64,000 bases of DNA, taken from contig OZ024747.1 in the NCBI GenBank assembly GCA_964016885.1, positions 24,304,001 through 24,368,000 of the forward strand. The letters run 5' to 3'. Below the pieces are notes generated by a model, which saw only the letters and a program-made list of their open reading frames with translations, did not search any database and had not been told where the DNA came from. Made by a program: the position numbers and the translations under genes. This stretch comes from Eledone cirrhosa (lineage: Eukaryota). The stretch's first letter is position 1. Every line of letters begins with the position of its first letter. Of the stretch, positions 39,931 through 54,600 are shown piece after piece.

Positions 39931-41474
39931 TGTGCATTAAATAGCTTATGGGATTTTTGTCTAGTCAGAAAGTGGTAGTTATAAGTGATAACAAATTTCT
40001 GACAATATTTGTAGCAAAGTCTAAGTTATGAGACCAGGGAGGGGTTGGGGACCAGATTATGAGGGACTGGGTGAAACCATATCAGCATGGAAATGATGAT
40101 GATGATGATATATATATATATTTACTAGAAAGAAACACCTGAAGTAATTAACAGTGTTGTAAGAACAGCCATATACATAAACAGGTGATAAATCTGTCAA
40201 CCTCACCTCCTCCTGTCAACAAACAGCTTGCCACATAAACCTTTGTTGTAACATAGTAAATACCATTAAGCAATTTTTAGTGAATCAAGTGTGAAAGTAC
40301 GGATCTCGGGTAAGCATGTATATATCAGAGAAATTCTAGTAGATATAATAAATAAAAGATTAAATGCTTCAACTAAACAGAGAAAAACATTACAGTGTTG
40401 TTAAGCTGTGGATTTATCTGAAGTTACTTCCTTTTTCAATAAATAACTTACATATTTCTCTAAAACTTACACCAACCTCATCTATGTAATAATATTGAAA
40501 CTATCATATGGCCTTCACCTGTTTACTCTAAATGTTAAATCTTGCTCAACAAATTCCATAGCATCTATAAAATGATGAGGAAATGGGTAACAATCGAAAA
40601 TGATAGCTTCTGTGTGGTCACTTATCCTTGCCAACTCTGCAGACAAATTTTCTTCATTAACCCTTTCGTTATTGTATTTCTAATGAAATATATGCTATTT
40701 ATATTAATTAATGAAGAATTTTGAAGGATTTGCTAAAATTATTCATTTTTATATTACTAAGACAGTCTCATATAATTCTAATATAAAACTATGTTGGAAA
40801 ATTATAATTCAAATAGGAACTCTGTATTTCAATTAATTAATGTAAAATTTTGAAGGATTTAGTAAAATGATTAATTATTGTATTGGTGACATGACAAAAA
40901 GTGCCCAGTCAACCCATAAGGTGGTTGTGCTGGTGGCATGATGAAAAATAACCCAGTCCATCCTGTTAGATGGTCATTTTGGTGTCACGATAAAAAGCAT
41001 CCAGTCTACACTGTAATGGGGTTAGGAAGGGCATCCAGCTGTAGAAATCAAGCCAAAATACAGATCTGTTTGAACAAGATGTGGTCACCTGACCTGACTT
41101 ATCTCATTACGTGACGGCCTATCTAACTCAGGCAAGCGTGGAAAAATAGATGGTAAACAGTGGTGGTGGTGATGATGATGGTGGTGGTGGTGGTGGTGAT
41201 GATGGTATCATTACTAAGGTAGTAATTTACATATGGTTCTCATATAAAATTATGTTGGGAGATTTTAAATCAAATAAGAAAGAACACTTTAAAATTAGTA
41301 GTTTTATTTCATAGAATCAGAGCAGGTTTTGGTCTGGCTGGTTCTAAAAGGGGTTAAATTCCTGACAATATTTGAAATAAAGACATATTTTAAGTACTGG
41401 GTTGTTGAATAGAAAACATCATAATAAAGATGAGATGATCTCTGCTTGAAACATTTAGTTAATCCCTTGTTTAA

Positions 41475-41836
41475 CTCTTTAGCATTTAAACCAGCCGTAA
41501 CCAGCCAGAACTCTCACCTCTTTCTGTTCAAACCACTTGTAACTGGCCACTCATACTGATGTTAAGTTATTGTTCTCAAAATAAATAATATCCAAATCTC
41601 ATAGATTCAATATTATGTGAGATATTATTTGAAAATACAATAATATATATAGAGTAATCCTCACCATCATCATCATCATCATCGATTAATGTCCATCTTC
41701 CATGCTAGCATGGGTTAGACGGGTCCCATTTAGAGACAATTTAGGTCGGGTGACCATGTCTCACTCATATAGGGGTGTTTCTGGCTGGTTTTCTACGGCT
41801 GGATGTCCTTCTAACATCAATGTAAATGCTAAAGGG
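41475..41836. mobile_element. piggyBac-like MITE interrupted by a retroposon tail (~41659-41818)
   Basis: TTAA TSDs; the MITE sequence agagtaat|gtaaatgc is split by an antisense (CAT)n/RTE-tail fragment. Confidence 0.85.
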
Positions 41837-41903
41837 TTAATCTGTTGTTAACATCTCCTCCTACACATTCTCTGTTTGCTGTTGCATGATAATTGAAACC
41901 TAC

Positions 41904-42068
41904 CTGTATTTCATGATCTGCATTGACAATCTCCACTGCATCTGAGGCATAGTCTAGGGCTGTGAAGAGAGCCATGGAGGCTGATAATTTATAGCGTTGG
42001 TGGACATCAGCATCTAGGGAGAGCAATTCATTCATACAAGACCCAACATTGCTGTTTTCAAGATATCG
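41904..42068 (-). CDS. PDE8: PDE8 exon (165 nt; RYLENSNVGSCMNELLSLDADVHQRYKLSASMALFTALDYASDAVEIVNADHEIQ, REC end / PAS start)
   Basis: ttctttacag acceptor and gtaggt donor; phase 0 to 0; matches the PDE8 pattern RxxENS..CxNEL..FTALD...A(I/V)EI...H.IQ. Confidence 0.93.
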
Positions 42069-42119
42069 CTGTAAAGAAAGAAAACAAAACATCACCCACA
42101 ATGATAATAATAATAATTT

Positions 42120-42735
42120 TTTCTACTATTGGCACAAGGTCAGCAATTATCCCAGTGTATTACTGGTACTTTATTTTATCGACCTCGTAAGGATGAAAGG
42201 CAAAGTTAACCTCGGCGGGATTTGAACTCATACTATAAAGGGCCGTAACTCTATGTTGCAAAGCATGGCGTCCAACCCTCTACCGATACTGCCAATCCAC
42301 CGCCAATGATTATAATAATAATGGTTTCTAGTATAGGCACAATGCAGGTAATTTGGGGGGGGGAGTCGATTAAATGAACCCCTGTGCATTACTGGTGCTT
42401 TATTTTATTGACCCCATAAGGATGAAAGGCAAAGTTAAACTTGGTGGGATTTGAACTTAGACCACAAAGGGCCATAACTCTATGCTGCAAAGCATGGTGT
42501 CTGACACTCTACTGATACTGCCAAATCACCGCCCTAATAATAATAATAGTAATAATAATTGCTTCTATTTATGGCACAAGGCCAGCAATTATCCCAGTGA
42601 ATTACTGGTGCTTTATTTTATCAACCCCATAAAGATGAAAGGTAAAGTTAACCTTGGCGGGATTTGTACTCAGACCGTAAAGGGGCGTAACTCTATGCTG
42701 CAAAGCACGGTGTCCTGCCCTCTACCGATACTGAT
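42120..42735 (-). mobile_element. Three head-to-tail family B SINEs
   Basis: Three ~190-bp copies separated by (TAA)n, ending ~50 nt before the acceptor of exon 42068. Confidence 0.9.
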
Positions 42736-44718
42736 AATAATAATAATGGTCATTCTGTGGAATATTTAGAATATGCAAATCATAAATGACTTTGATGGTC
42801 TCACGGGTCTCCACAATATTTTTATCAAAACTTAGAATATTATAAGTATGTATACTAAGAGTGAGTGAGAATTGAAATTTCGTTTCATTTTTTTCCATTT
42901 AGAATATTATAATTGTTATTAAATAAATGTCTTAGGGTGCCACCTCTGTTTTAGAGGTTAGACTGGATCAATGCTGCAATCTCAGCATCATTCAATGTGT
43001 AGACTTACACTCATGTAGTTTTAATCTTCATTGTTTTCATTTTTGTGTGCAGGTGCTTGCCCCCCCCCCCCCCCCCCCCAAATGTTTTCTAGCTCAGGGC
43101 TCCTAATTGCTTTAATCTGGCTTTGAGTCGAGGATCCTAACCTCATTTCTTTCTAACTTTACATATACTCTGCATTCTATGCTCGTCTCACTATCAGACA
43201 CCATCACACATGGTACAAATGATGTAGAGTATATTACAATATTTAGTTTTGTCTATCTTGCTTTTGAATTCTGATCCTATCTAGGATAATTTTGCCTAAC
43301 ATTCATCCAGAGGTCATTAGAATAGGTATTTTTATATATACTAGAGTTGATTTGATTTTCCTTCAGGAGTAATATTTATTTATTCATAGCTAAACTAAAA
43401 GATAACTCATCAAATATGACAGGGAGAATATGGAGGAGTTTAAATAGAAATCTCAACCTTTTGATCACCTTCTCATTCACCATTCATCTCCTGTTTATGC
43501 TTTACAATTACAAATGCAGATATTTATAAGATTCCAGCAATTTCTTTGAAAGTTTTGCTTCTGGCTGGTCACAACTTGTTTATGTAAAGCAACACAGTTC
43601 TAGTTGTTGCTCTATGCGCGCATGCATGAGTGTGTGAGTGTGTGTGTGTGTGTGTGGGGGGTGGGGGGGTGGGGGGGTTATGGGAGGGTTATTGTGTGAG
43701 TATGTGTGCATGCCACTGTGTGCGTGTTCCCAGCATAACTGATTAAAATTAAGTATTAATATTAAGAAAGATTAATGACTCGATCTTTGCTCTGTTGACA
43801 GAGTGAGTGAGAGATGAAAGACGTAAAATGAAAATAAGGCTTTGAAATCAGAGTAAATCAAACATAGGCTGTAGGCCAACAGAGAGGAGGTTGAAATAGT
43901 GAGAGATAAGACAGCAACAAAGGTTCATGGAAACATTTGATATTAACATGATACAATGTAAATTAGTATCAGCTTGTTTTGTTTAATTTCCACAGAGAAT
44001 GGATAGAATTGAAAAATAGAACAAAATGCAAGAATGGGGCGATTTTTAAAAATGCTGTGATGTACCCTTAGATAAAAGACCTAATTCTGCTTGCTCCAGT
44101 TTTCCAGACTGGCTAAAAACAGACAGAAGTGTTATAATAATCTCTCCAAATTCTTGATTATTTTCAAAACTAGTTGAAAATCATAGGAAATATCTTTAAT
44201 TAAAAACATGGTAATGAAAGGTTAAATATTTTGAAGGTTTTTTTTTTTCTCACTCTCTGCAATCTTAGTTCAAATCCTTGTTGAAGTCAACCAACTTTAC
44301 CTTTTATTCTTTTAGGGTTGATAAAACAAGGTGGTGGATTCGTGGAAATGTTAGAGCATTGGATGAAATGCCTTGAAATATCTGTTTCAGCTCTAAGCAT
44401 TCTGGGTGCAAATCCTGGCTCTTGTCACCAGAGAAATGATGACATGATAGGACAGGGGCCCCATTATTGAGAAACCTCCTGTAAGATGCAACCTCACAGG
44501 CATCTGGCTACATATGTATGAGCTGTAACAACAACAACACCACCATCACCTGCTGATCTAAGAGAGTGTACAAGTGATGTGTGTGGGCACTGTACCTTCT
44601 TTTACCTTCTTGTATGTGTGTGTACCATAGAACCCAAATGAAATACAGATTATGGTTTAGAGTCAAGCATAAGCTGACTTCAGTAACTAATCCACTGTAG
44701 TAAACAAATGTACGAAGT

Positions 44719-44726
44719 ATGTGTGA

Positions 44727-44813
<87 letters not shown>

Positions 44814-44897
44814 TGAGTGAGTGAGTGAGTGAGTGAGTGAGTGAGTGAGTGAGTGAGTGAGTGAGTGAGTGAGTGAGTGTGTGTGTGTGTGTGTGTG
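44719..44897. repeat. (GT)n/(GAGT)n compound microsatellite
   Basis: Directly visible. Confidence 0.95.
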
Positions 44898-46065
44898 CTT
44901 ATAAAGATGGTAAATGAAGAGATTTCATGAACCATCTTATAATACAGCTGGCTTCACACACACACACACAGGCATACACACACACGCATGCACACACTAT
45001 CACACACATGACTATAAATTCTGTGATACAGTTCTTTCTCCCTTAAAACTTCTTTTCCTCTGCCTCCTCCTATGCCAACTCCCCTCTTAACATCATGTCT
45101 TATTTCTCAAATTTCATATCTTTCTGGCTTTAATCTTCTACCACATGTTTCTATCATGTTTTCTGTCTCCTAACATATCTTCTGTCTTATATTGTCTTTT
45201 GTCTTCCATACTGTGTTCTATCTCTTATCATGTCTTCTGTCTTCTATCATGTCTTGTCTTTTACAATATCTTCTATCCTCTGTCTCATCTTCTATCTTCT
45301 GTCTTTTGTCAATTGTTATCTGTCTTCTACCTTCTGTCTTCAATATTCCATCTTCTACCATTAATCTTCTATCTTCTGCTATATCAAATCTAATGATGTA
45401 ATCAGGTGTCATACACCTGAAATCAAGTTGACCTTAGCATAACTTGACCTCATAGCTAACACAATATACCTGAGGTCAAAGTGACCTTAGCATAACAAGA
45501 CCTCATAGCTAGCACAAAACACATGAGGCTATAGAGACGTTAGCTTAACTTCACTTTATAACTAACACAACTGAGGTCAAGATGACAAGGCTTGGTATCT
45601 AACACAATACAAGTGGGGCAAAGATGATCTTAACAGGACTAGACCTCATAACTAACATAATACAACTGAGGGGCCAAGGTGACCATAGCAAGAGTAAACC
45701 TGATAGCTAATACAATACAACCCATGTCAAGGTGACCTTAGCAGGAGTGGATCTCATAAGTCTAACAACAAATAAAACAAGCCAAGTAACAGGTATGAGC
45801 CATGCAGAGCCCATCATAGGGTTCTTTTTGAGGCCATATTTTACAGCTAGATCCCATTTCTGGTGCAAACCATTTGAGTTGGCTCTTCTGACATGCTGGG
45901 ATATGATAACCTAATCTAATCTGGATACATAAGTCCCAAACAAGAAATAACTTCTTATTTAAGGACTGGAAAAAAATACCTAGGGGTGTGCTCTGCAAGA
46001 AGCCCAAGTTGAAAGGTCCTCACTAAGATAGTCAATGTAGAAAAGAACCAAAATATGTTGATTAA

Positions 46066-46286
46066 CGCTTTAGCATTTAAACCGGCCGTATCTGGTCAGA
46101 ATTCTCTCACCGCTTTCTGTTCAAACTGGTTGTAACTGGCCTCTCATATTTATGTTAAGGTATTGTTCTCAATATAAATAATATCAAAATCTCATAGATT
46201 TGATATTTTGTGAGATAATTGTGTGAGATAAAGTGTTTACCATGAAAGTATAATAGTAAATATTGAGTAATGTAAATACTAAAGGG
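46066..46286. mobile_element. piggyBac-like MITE
   Basis: TTAA flanks and the same body as 4987-5191. Confidence 0.85.
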
Positions 46287-46479
46287 TTAAATAAAATTAC
46301 ACTCATGATACAAAGATAAATCATTAGGTTAATTATTATTACTTTTGGTCATGAAAGGAAATCAAATCAATCACAGGATTCTAACAAATTCAAAATTAAT
46401 TCAAACTAGATTGTGTGTAATACAGTGGAGAGTAATGAAGACAAATGGAGTAAGTAAGGTGTCCAGCTGTGTCTATCTG

Positions 46480-46868
46480 TGTGTCTGTCTGTAAGTCTGT
46501 CTGCATGTCTGTCTGTAAGTCTGTCTGCGTGTCTGTCTGTAAGTCTGTCTGTAAGTCTGTCTGCATGTCTGTCTGTAAGTCTGTCTGTAAGTCTGTCTGC
46601 ATGTCTGTCTGTAAGTCTGTCTGCGTGTCTGTCGGTAAGTCTGTCTGCGTGTCTGTCGGTAAGTCTGTCTGCGTGTCTGTCTGTAAGTCTGTCTGCATGT
46701 CTGTCTGCGTGTCTGTCTGTAAGTCTGTCTGTAAGTCTGTCTGCATGTCTGTCTGTAAGTCTGTCTGTAAGTCTGTCTGCATGTCTGTCTGTAAGTCTGT
46801 CTGCGTGTCTGTCGGTAAGTCTGTCTGCGTGTCTGTCGGTAAGTCTGTCTGCATGTCTGTCGGTAAGC
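46480..46868. repeat. 12-bp modular (GTCT)-based satellite
   Basis: Modules gtctgtctgtaa, gtctgtctgcat, gtctgtctgcgt and gtctgtcggtaa. Confidence 0.93.
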
Positions 46869-47713
46869 CATGTAGACTATGTTTACTGTCACAGTAAGGG
46901 TGACTGTAGAATTGACTAGTGTGATACTAAAAGAAGTTTCTAAAAATCATGACTGTCTCTCTCACCCAAAGGAAGTTGAAGAAGAAGAAGAAGAAGAAGA
47001 AGAAGAAGAAGAAGAAGAAGAAGAAGAAGAAGAACAACAACAACAACAACCACAATAGCAATGATGATGACAATCACAACTACAATAATAACAACAACAA
47101 TAATAATAATAACCAGATTGACCTTTAGTGACATTTCATAATACAAAATTGTTTGGCAGTTATCATAAAAACATTAACTTGTCTGTGGGTTTATATGTGT
47201 GTGTGTCGATATGTATATATAAGAACTTATACACATATATGTAGAGAGAGAGAAAAAAAAGAGATAGAGTCATACCAAAGCACTCATCGATATACATATA
47301 CAACTATATTATAGAGGGGGCAATATATAGTACGGGTGTAGATTGAAGGTATCCATTTACATGTGTTATCTACTCTGGGACTTTACATAACATTACCTAT
47401 TGAGTATGCTGAGATGCAACCGGTACTAGCAGTGAAACCCATGCTAGTCTCATCCACTTATTATTTAACATTCTGTATGAAATATGCTTGATTTGTTCAT
47501 TTACCTCATGCATGCCTTTATTAATTTTTTGCATTACATACCCTTAATATTACATTTTATAAAGCTATGATATCTTTTATCTATCTTCTGTAACACCTTT
47601 TTGCTTGGTATCTTTTGCACCTGTATTACCTTAAAGAATATCTTTATATATAATATGCTCAATATTTTCACTCTTCACCATTTCATCATTTCATTTTACG
47701 TCCACTTTTCCCG

Positions 47714-48042
47714 ACTTAGTGGTTAGAGCATTGGCCTTGCAATCGAAAGGTTGTGAGTTCAATTCTCAGACCGGGTGATGAGTTGTTTCTTTGAGCAAGA
47801 CACTTTATTTCACATTGCTCCAGTTTACTCAGCTGTAGAAATGAGATGATAGGGACTGGGGTCCCTATCATTCCACTGCAAAGTGGTCGTGTAGGTGCCA
47901 CGGAAAAAAGCACCCACCACTCACTGTAAATGAGGTTGGTGTTAGGAAGGGCATCCAGCTGTAGAAATCAAGCCAGAATCAGTTCCTGTCCCACCCTTGC
48001 AAGCAGGGAAAAGCGGACGTAAAATGATGATGATGATGATGA
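47714..48042 (+). mobile_element. SINE family A preceded by an inverted copy of its own tail
   Basis: Runs from cttagtggttagagc to (TGA)n; 47682-47712 is the reverse complement of the tail. Confidence 0.88.
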
Positions 48043-48270
48043 TATATATATATACATGATATATATATATACATGATATATATATATATGATGATATATA
48101 TATATACAAACACACACACACTTATATATATATACATACTTTGAATAAACCCTATTGTACAGCCGATCCATGTTATTCTTCACTCATTTACTATATATAT
48201 ATATATATATATTCCTACATTTGTATATATATGATGGCTACATCTCTATTTCAAGAATTGTCACTACCTC

Positions 48271-48570
48271 TCACATATGGGTGGCACGAACATGACTATT
48301 TAGCTCTGCCAAGGATTTACATTCCATTTTGCATATGCTGCAGTGATGAACCTTACTTTCACTTTGGTTCCCTGTTTTGTTTTTGTGAGTTTTCAAAAGA
48401 TCTTGGGATCCATTGGCCGAGGCACATTGTGTTTCACACTTCTGACAGGAACAAATGCCAATGAAACAATAATTGGCCACATTTTGTTCATAGCTTCTAT
48501 GATGACTTCTAAGACTTGTTTTATTGATGCAAATCTAGTCACATTCATTGCACATAAAGTCATTTTTAGC
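48271..48570 (-). pseudogene. Degenerate C2H2 zinc-finger cluster (probably a LINE ORF C-terminus relic)
   Basis: DFMCNECD*ICINKTSLRSHHRS, CSCQKCETQC and HHCSICKMECKSLAELNSHVRATH*; contains an internal stop. Confidence 0.55.
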
Positions 48571-51500
48571 CTGTAAATCAAGGTAAGGTAATATTGTGTA
48601 GACCCCTCTTTAACTTTTCATGTTCCTCATGAAATTTTTCAAATACCTGTTTTCCTCCAAGACGATTGATCCTTTATATAATGTACTCAATACATTAGTA
48701 AAGAAGGCACATGTCTATTTCCTATAGAAATGACTTCTACAAGACTAGAACTGTTTCAATTACATGAAAAGATCACTCCATTTAATATCTATTTTCTATG
48801 ACCACAAGGGCTCGACAGACTGGCTGTCACATACTGAGACCTGACTGGTCAGGTGACTATGCCTTGCTTGCATGCTCCATTTTTAGCTTGGTTTTTACAG
48901 CTGGATGCCCTTCCTAACATCAACCACTCTAAAGCATGTATTGAGAGCATTTTATCATGACTCTGGCGCTACCACCTCACAGGGTGGAATGAATACTATT
49001 TATTGTGGCACCAGCCCTACCACTTTACAGGGTGGACAGAGTGCTTTTCATTGTGGCACCAGCATTACCACTTTACAGCGTGGACAGGGTGTTTTTCATT
49101 GTAGCACCAGCCCTTATGTATTATACACTCACACACAAATATATACATATTTTATAAATGGCTCATAATGTTAATTTAAACAATGCACTTGTAATCAACA
49201 ATTTTAAAGTGAAATCAATAAAATACATGGTGAAAATGTAGTGCATATTATCAGTAATCCATACTACTTTTTAGGCAAAAATGAAGTTAGAAATACTCTT
49301 TCTAACTGAAGGTAGAGATGTTTCTTAATTATTCTGAGGTCAGTTACATAAACACTCTCTTAACAAATGTCTAATAGGATTTCAGAAATCAAGTGTAGAA
49401 ATATGTTACTGTTGCTTATGCTTAACATAGAAACATATCTTATATTGATTGATTCAATGAATAAACTACAAATCTCTTACTCTCTGTATATATCATCATC
49501 ATCACTGTCCTCCTCCTCCTCCTTTTATGTCTGTTTTCCTATGCTTGCATGGGTTGGACATGGTGATGATCATCTTAATTTTTGGCAGGGATTTTTTGAC
49601 TGAATGCTTTTTCTATCACCAACCACTTTACACACACATACACATTTTATTTGTCATTAGTAAAAGGTGTAGAACCCATATCCCTTGTACACCCTCCTAG
49701 ACCAGCAGATGTTGTTGTTATTGTTATGGCTCACACATATGTAGCTAGCTGCCTGTGAAGTTGCATCTTATAGGAGGTTTCTTATTACCAGCACTAGAGA
49801 GATTTTCCACCAAGACTTAAGGGTTCACCCTGTATCAGATTTTCTTCTGTAACTGCTCTCTTAGATGGATTGTCTTTACTATAGCTTTAGCAAACATGAA
49901 CATGGTGTATATACAACAAACATATAGCTATACACCTTTTTTCTTTATACAAAGCTATTTATTAATCAATGTAAAGTACAAATTCATATTGAGCAGTATC
50001 TAAGGAAAACAAAACACTTTATTAAAGGGAACAGAAAATGAAAACGAGAAAAAGAAATGAAAGAAGGATCAAGCAATGAAAGAAAGGGAGAGGAAGAGGG
50101 ACAGTCACTACACCCCAATCTAAGCAGTGCCTCAGCTGCACCCTGTGGACAAAACGACAAAAGTGTCACCACAGAGAATGGTTAGAGACACCCACTGCAA
50201 CATCCACCCCATTTCACAGGGCTCCTGCCTCAAGCAGGCCATGGTCTTTCCGACATTACGGAGGAAATTAGGAGTGCAGGGAAGATGGAGACCAGAGCAA
50301 AGAGGAAGTGGTGAGCCAAGCCTTGGTATTTGACAATCTTCTTCACATTGCGAGCAGTGGGGCCCGGGTTTGTGGCTGAAGTGACAAGGCTGGAGGCAGA
50401 GAAGCAAATATGAAGAATTGGTATATATAAGTAAAGTATATAGACACATAGATAGATAGTGAACAGAAACAGTTCAAGTTGAACATCTACACATGCACAC
50501 ACAAACACGCATATATACTCACACAGGTACACACATACATACACACACCATCACATACAAATTATGCAATTAAAGGTAAATTATTGTTTATATGATAATG
50601 ATGGTGATGGTAAGGTCCTCATAACCCCCCCCCCAACACACACACCACACCACAACCATCACCACCACCCCCATCAACAACAACAATGTAAAGAATGTCA
50701 TCTGTAAAGGTTAACATCATCATCATCATCATCATTACCATCACCATCACCATCACGATTATCATCATCATCACCATTCCAAATGCCATCATCGCATCCG
50801 TCTCCTTCACCGCACCACCATCACCCACAGTGCCGTATCTTAGAAGTATGTGTCATACATATGTCACATAGCATCATCATCACCATCACCATCACTACCA
50901 TCGTGGTCCTCATTGCTGTCTGTATGATGAGAAGTTAGGGTAGGGTTGGTGTACACACAATCTGTCCCTGTCTAAACCATCAACCTGACAACCATGTTTC
51001 ACTCCAAGTAACATTCACCCTCCATGCACCACCACCCCAGCCTGACCCTTCCAACACACTACATTGATGTGAGATCACCTAAGGTTATTTTAGATAAATG
51101 TATAGAAAACATGCAGGTGCAACATGTTAATAAATGCAGGATAAATGGTTAAGAAGCTCACATTAGAATCATTACATTACAGGTTCAATCCCACTGTGTG
51201 GCACTTGGAGCAAATGTCATTTACTATAGCCTCAAGTCAACCCAGACCTAGTGAGGGAAATTAGGAAGTTGGAAAATTTGGAAGGCAATTGAATGGACTG
51301 TGTACATGTAATTCAAAGAGCTAACCATGTCACTGTGTCATGCCAAATCTCTATAAGAATTAGATTAAGGACACACAGATATCTATGGAATACTCAACCA
51401 CTTACACATTGATTTCATGAGTAGGCTGATTCATTGTCAAAACCAAGAGAGGTTCATTCCATTCTATTTTATCATCGTCGACAGCACACATCATCACCAT

Positions 51501-51659
51501 TATGATGAGCTTTCTCAACCCCTGCCACATCCCTGGTACACATTTCCTGTCCAATGCATGTATTAAAAGCCAGACACACTCCACAATATACTGCCAAGTA
51601 TAACTCACTCTCTTGAAGGCCACCCCTTTAAAACATTGCTTGCTCTTCCACAGTGCTGA

Positions 51660-54600
51660 TACAGTCATCAACAACATCACTAACAACCCCAACCACGCCA
51701 ACACTAACAACACCAAGTACAACACTATTACCAACAACACCATCAACAACATCGCCAACAACAACACCCACACCAATACCAACACAAACAACATCACAAT
51801 AAAAAACACCAACAACAACACCCACACCAACACAAACAAGTTCACCAACAACACCCACACCAATACCAACAACATCACAATCAACATCACCAACAACAAC
51901 ACCCACCAATAACAACACAAACATCACCAACAACACCCACACCAATACCAACACAAACAACATCACCAACAACAACACCCACCAATACCAACACAAACAT
52001 CACCAACAACAACACCCACACCAATACCAACACAATCAACATCCACCAATAACAACACAAACATCACCAACAACAACACCCAAACCAATACCAACACAAA
52101 CAACATCACAATCAACATCACTAACAACAACACACACACCAATACCAACACAAACATCACCAACAACAACACCCACACCAATACCAACACAAACAACATC
52201 ACAATCAACATCACCAACAACACCACAACCAATACCAACACAAACAACACCACCAAAACCAATACTGACACCAACAAGACCATCAACTATATCATCATCA
52301 ACAGCATTACCAAAAACAACAAGAGCACAACCAACAACAACACCATCAATAACACAACCAACATCATCAACAACAACAAGAACACAACCAACATCATCAT
52401 CAACAACACCAACAAGAACAAAACCAACATCATCATCAACAACACCAACAAGAACAAAACCAACATCATCAACAACAACACCAACAAGAACACAACCAAC
52501 ATCATCAACAACAACAGGAACAAAACCAACATCATCATCAACAACACCAACAAGAACAAAACCAACATCATCAACAACAACACCAACAAGAACACAACCA
52601 ACATCATCAACAACAAGAACACAACCAACATCATCATCAACAACACCAACAAGAACAAAACCAACATCATCAACAACAACAAGAATACAACCAACATCAT
52701 CATCAACAACACCAACAAGAACAAAACCAACATCATCAACAACAACACCAACAAGAACACAACCAACATCACCAACAACAACACCAACAAGAACAAAACC
52801 AACATCATCATCAACAACACCAACAAGAACACAACCAACATCATCATCAACAAAACCAACATCATCAACAACAACACCAACAAGAACACAACCAACATCA
52901 TCAACAACAACACCAACAAGAACACAACCAGCATCAACAACACCAACAAGAACACAACCAACATCATCAACAACAACAAGAACACAACCAACATCATCAT
53001 CAACAACACCAACAAAAACAAAACCAACAACACCAACAAGAACACAACCAACATCATCAACATCACCAACAACAACACCAACAAGAACAAAACCAACATC
53101 ATCATCAACAACACCAACAAGAACACAACCAACATCATCATCAACAAAACCAACATCATCAACAACAACACCAACAAGAACACAACCAACATCATCAACA
53201 ACAACACCAACAAGAACACAACCAACATCATCATCAACAACACCAACAAGAACACAACCAACATCATCATCAACAAAACCAACATCATCAACAACAACAC
53301 CAACATCACCAACAACAACACCAACAAGAACAAAACCAACATCATCATCAACAACACCAACAAGAACACAACCAACATCATCATCAACAAAACCAACATC
53401 ATCAACAACAACACCAACAAGAACACAACCAACATCACCAACAACAACACCAACAAGAACAAAACCAACATCATCATCAACAACACCAACAAGAACACAA
53501 CCAACATCATCATCAACAAAACCAATATCATCAACAACACCAACAAGAACACAACCAACATCATCAACAACAACACCAACAAGAACACAACCAACATCAT
53601 CATCAACAACACCAACAAGAACACAACCAACATCATCAACAACAACAAGAACACAACCAACATCATCAACAACACCAACAAGAACACAACCAACATCATC
53701 AACAACAACACCAACAAGAACACAACCAACATCAACAACACCAACAAGAACAAAACCAACATCATCATCAACAACACCAACAAGAACAAAACCAACATCA
53801 TCAACAACAACACCAACAAGAACACAACCAACATCATCAACAACAACACCAACAAGAACACAACCAACATCATCAACAACAACATGAACAAAACCAACAT
53901 CATCATCAACAACACCAACAAGAACACAACCAACATCATCAACAACAACACCAACAAGAACACAACCAACATCAACAACACCAACAAGAACAAAACTAAC
54001 ATCATCATCAACAACACCAACAAGAACACAACCAACATCATTAACAACACCAACATGAACAAAACCAACATCATCAACAACAACACCAACAAGAACACAA
54101 CCAACATCATCAACAACAACACCAACAAGAACACAACCAACATCATCAACAACACCAACAAGAACACAACCAACATCATCAACAACAACACCAACAAGAA
54201 CACAACCAACATCATCATCAACAACACCAACAAGAACACAACCAACATCATCAACAACACCAACAAGAACACAACCAACATCATCAACAACAACATAAAC
54301 AAGAACACAGCCAACATCATCAACAACACCAACAAGAACACAACCAACATCATCAACAACACCAACAAGAACACAACCAACATCATCAACAACAACACCA
54401 ACAAGAACACAACTAACATCATCATCAACAACACCAACAAGAACACAACCAACATCATCAACAACAACACCAACAAGAACAAAACCAACATCATCAACAA
54501 CACCAACAAGAACACAACCAACATCATCAACAACAACACCAACAAGAACACAACCAACATCAACAACACCAACAAGAACACAACCAACATCATCAACAAC

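Noticed and set aside
46396-46919. QTDL/SVCK repeat ORFs
   Set aside because: A 12-bp modular satellite that is open in several frames at once.
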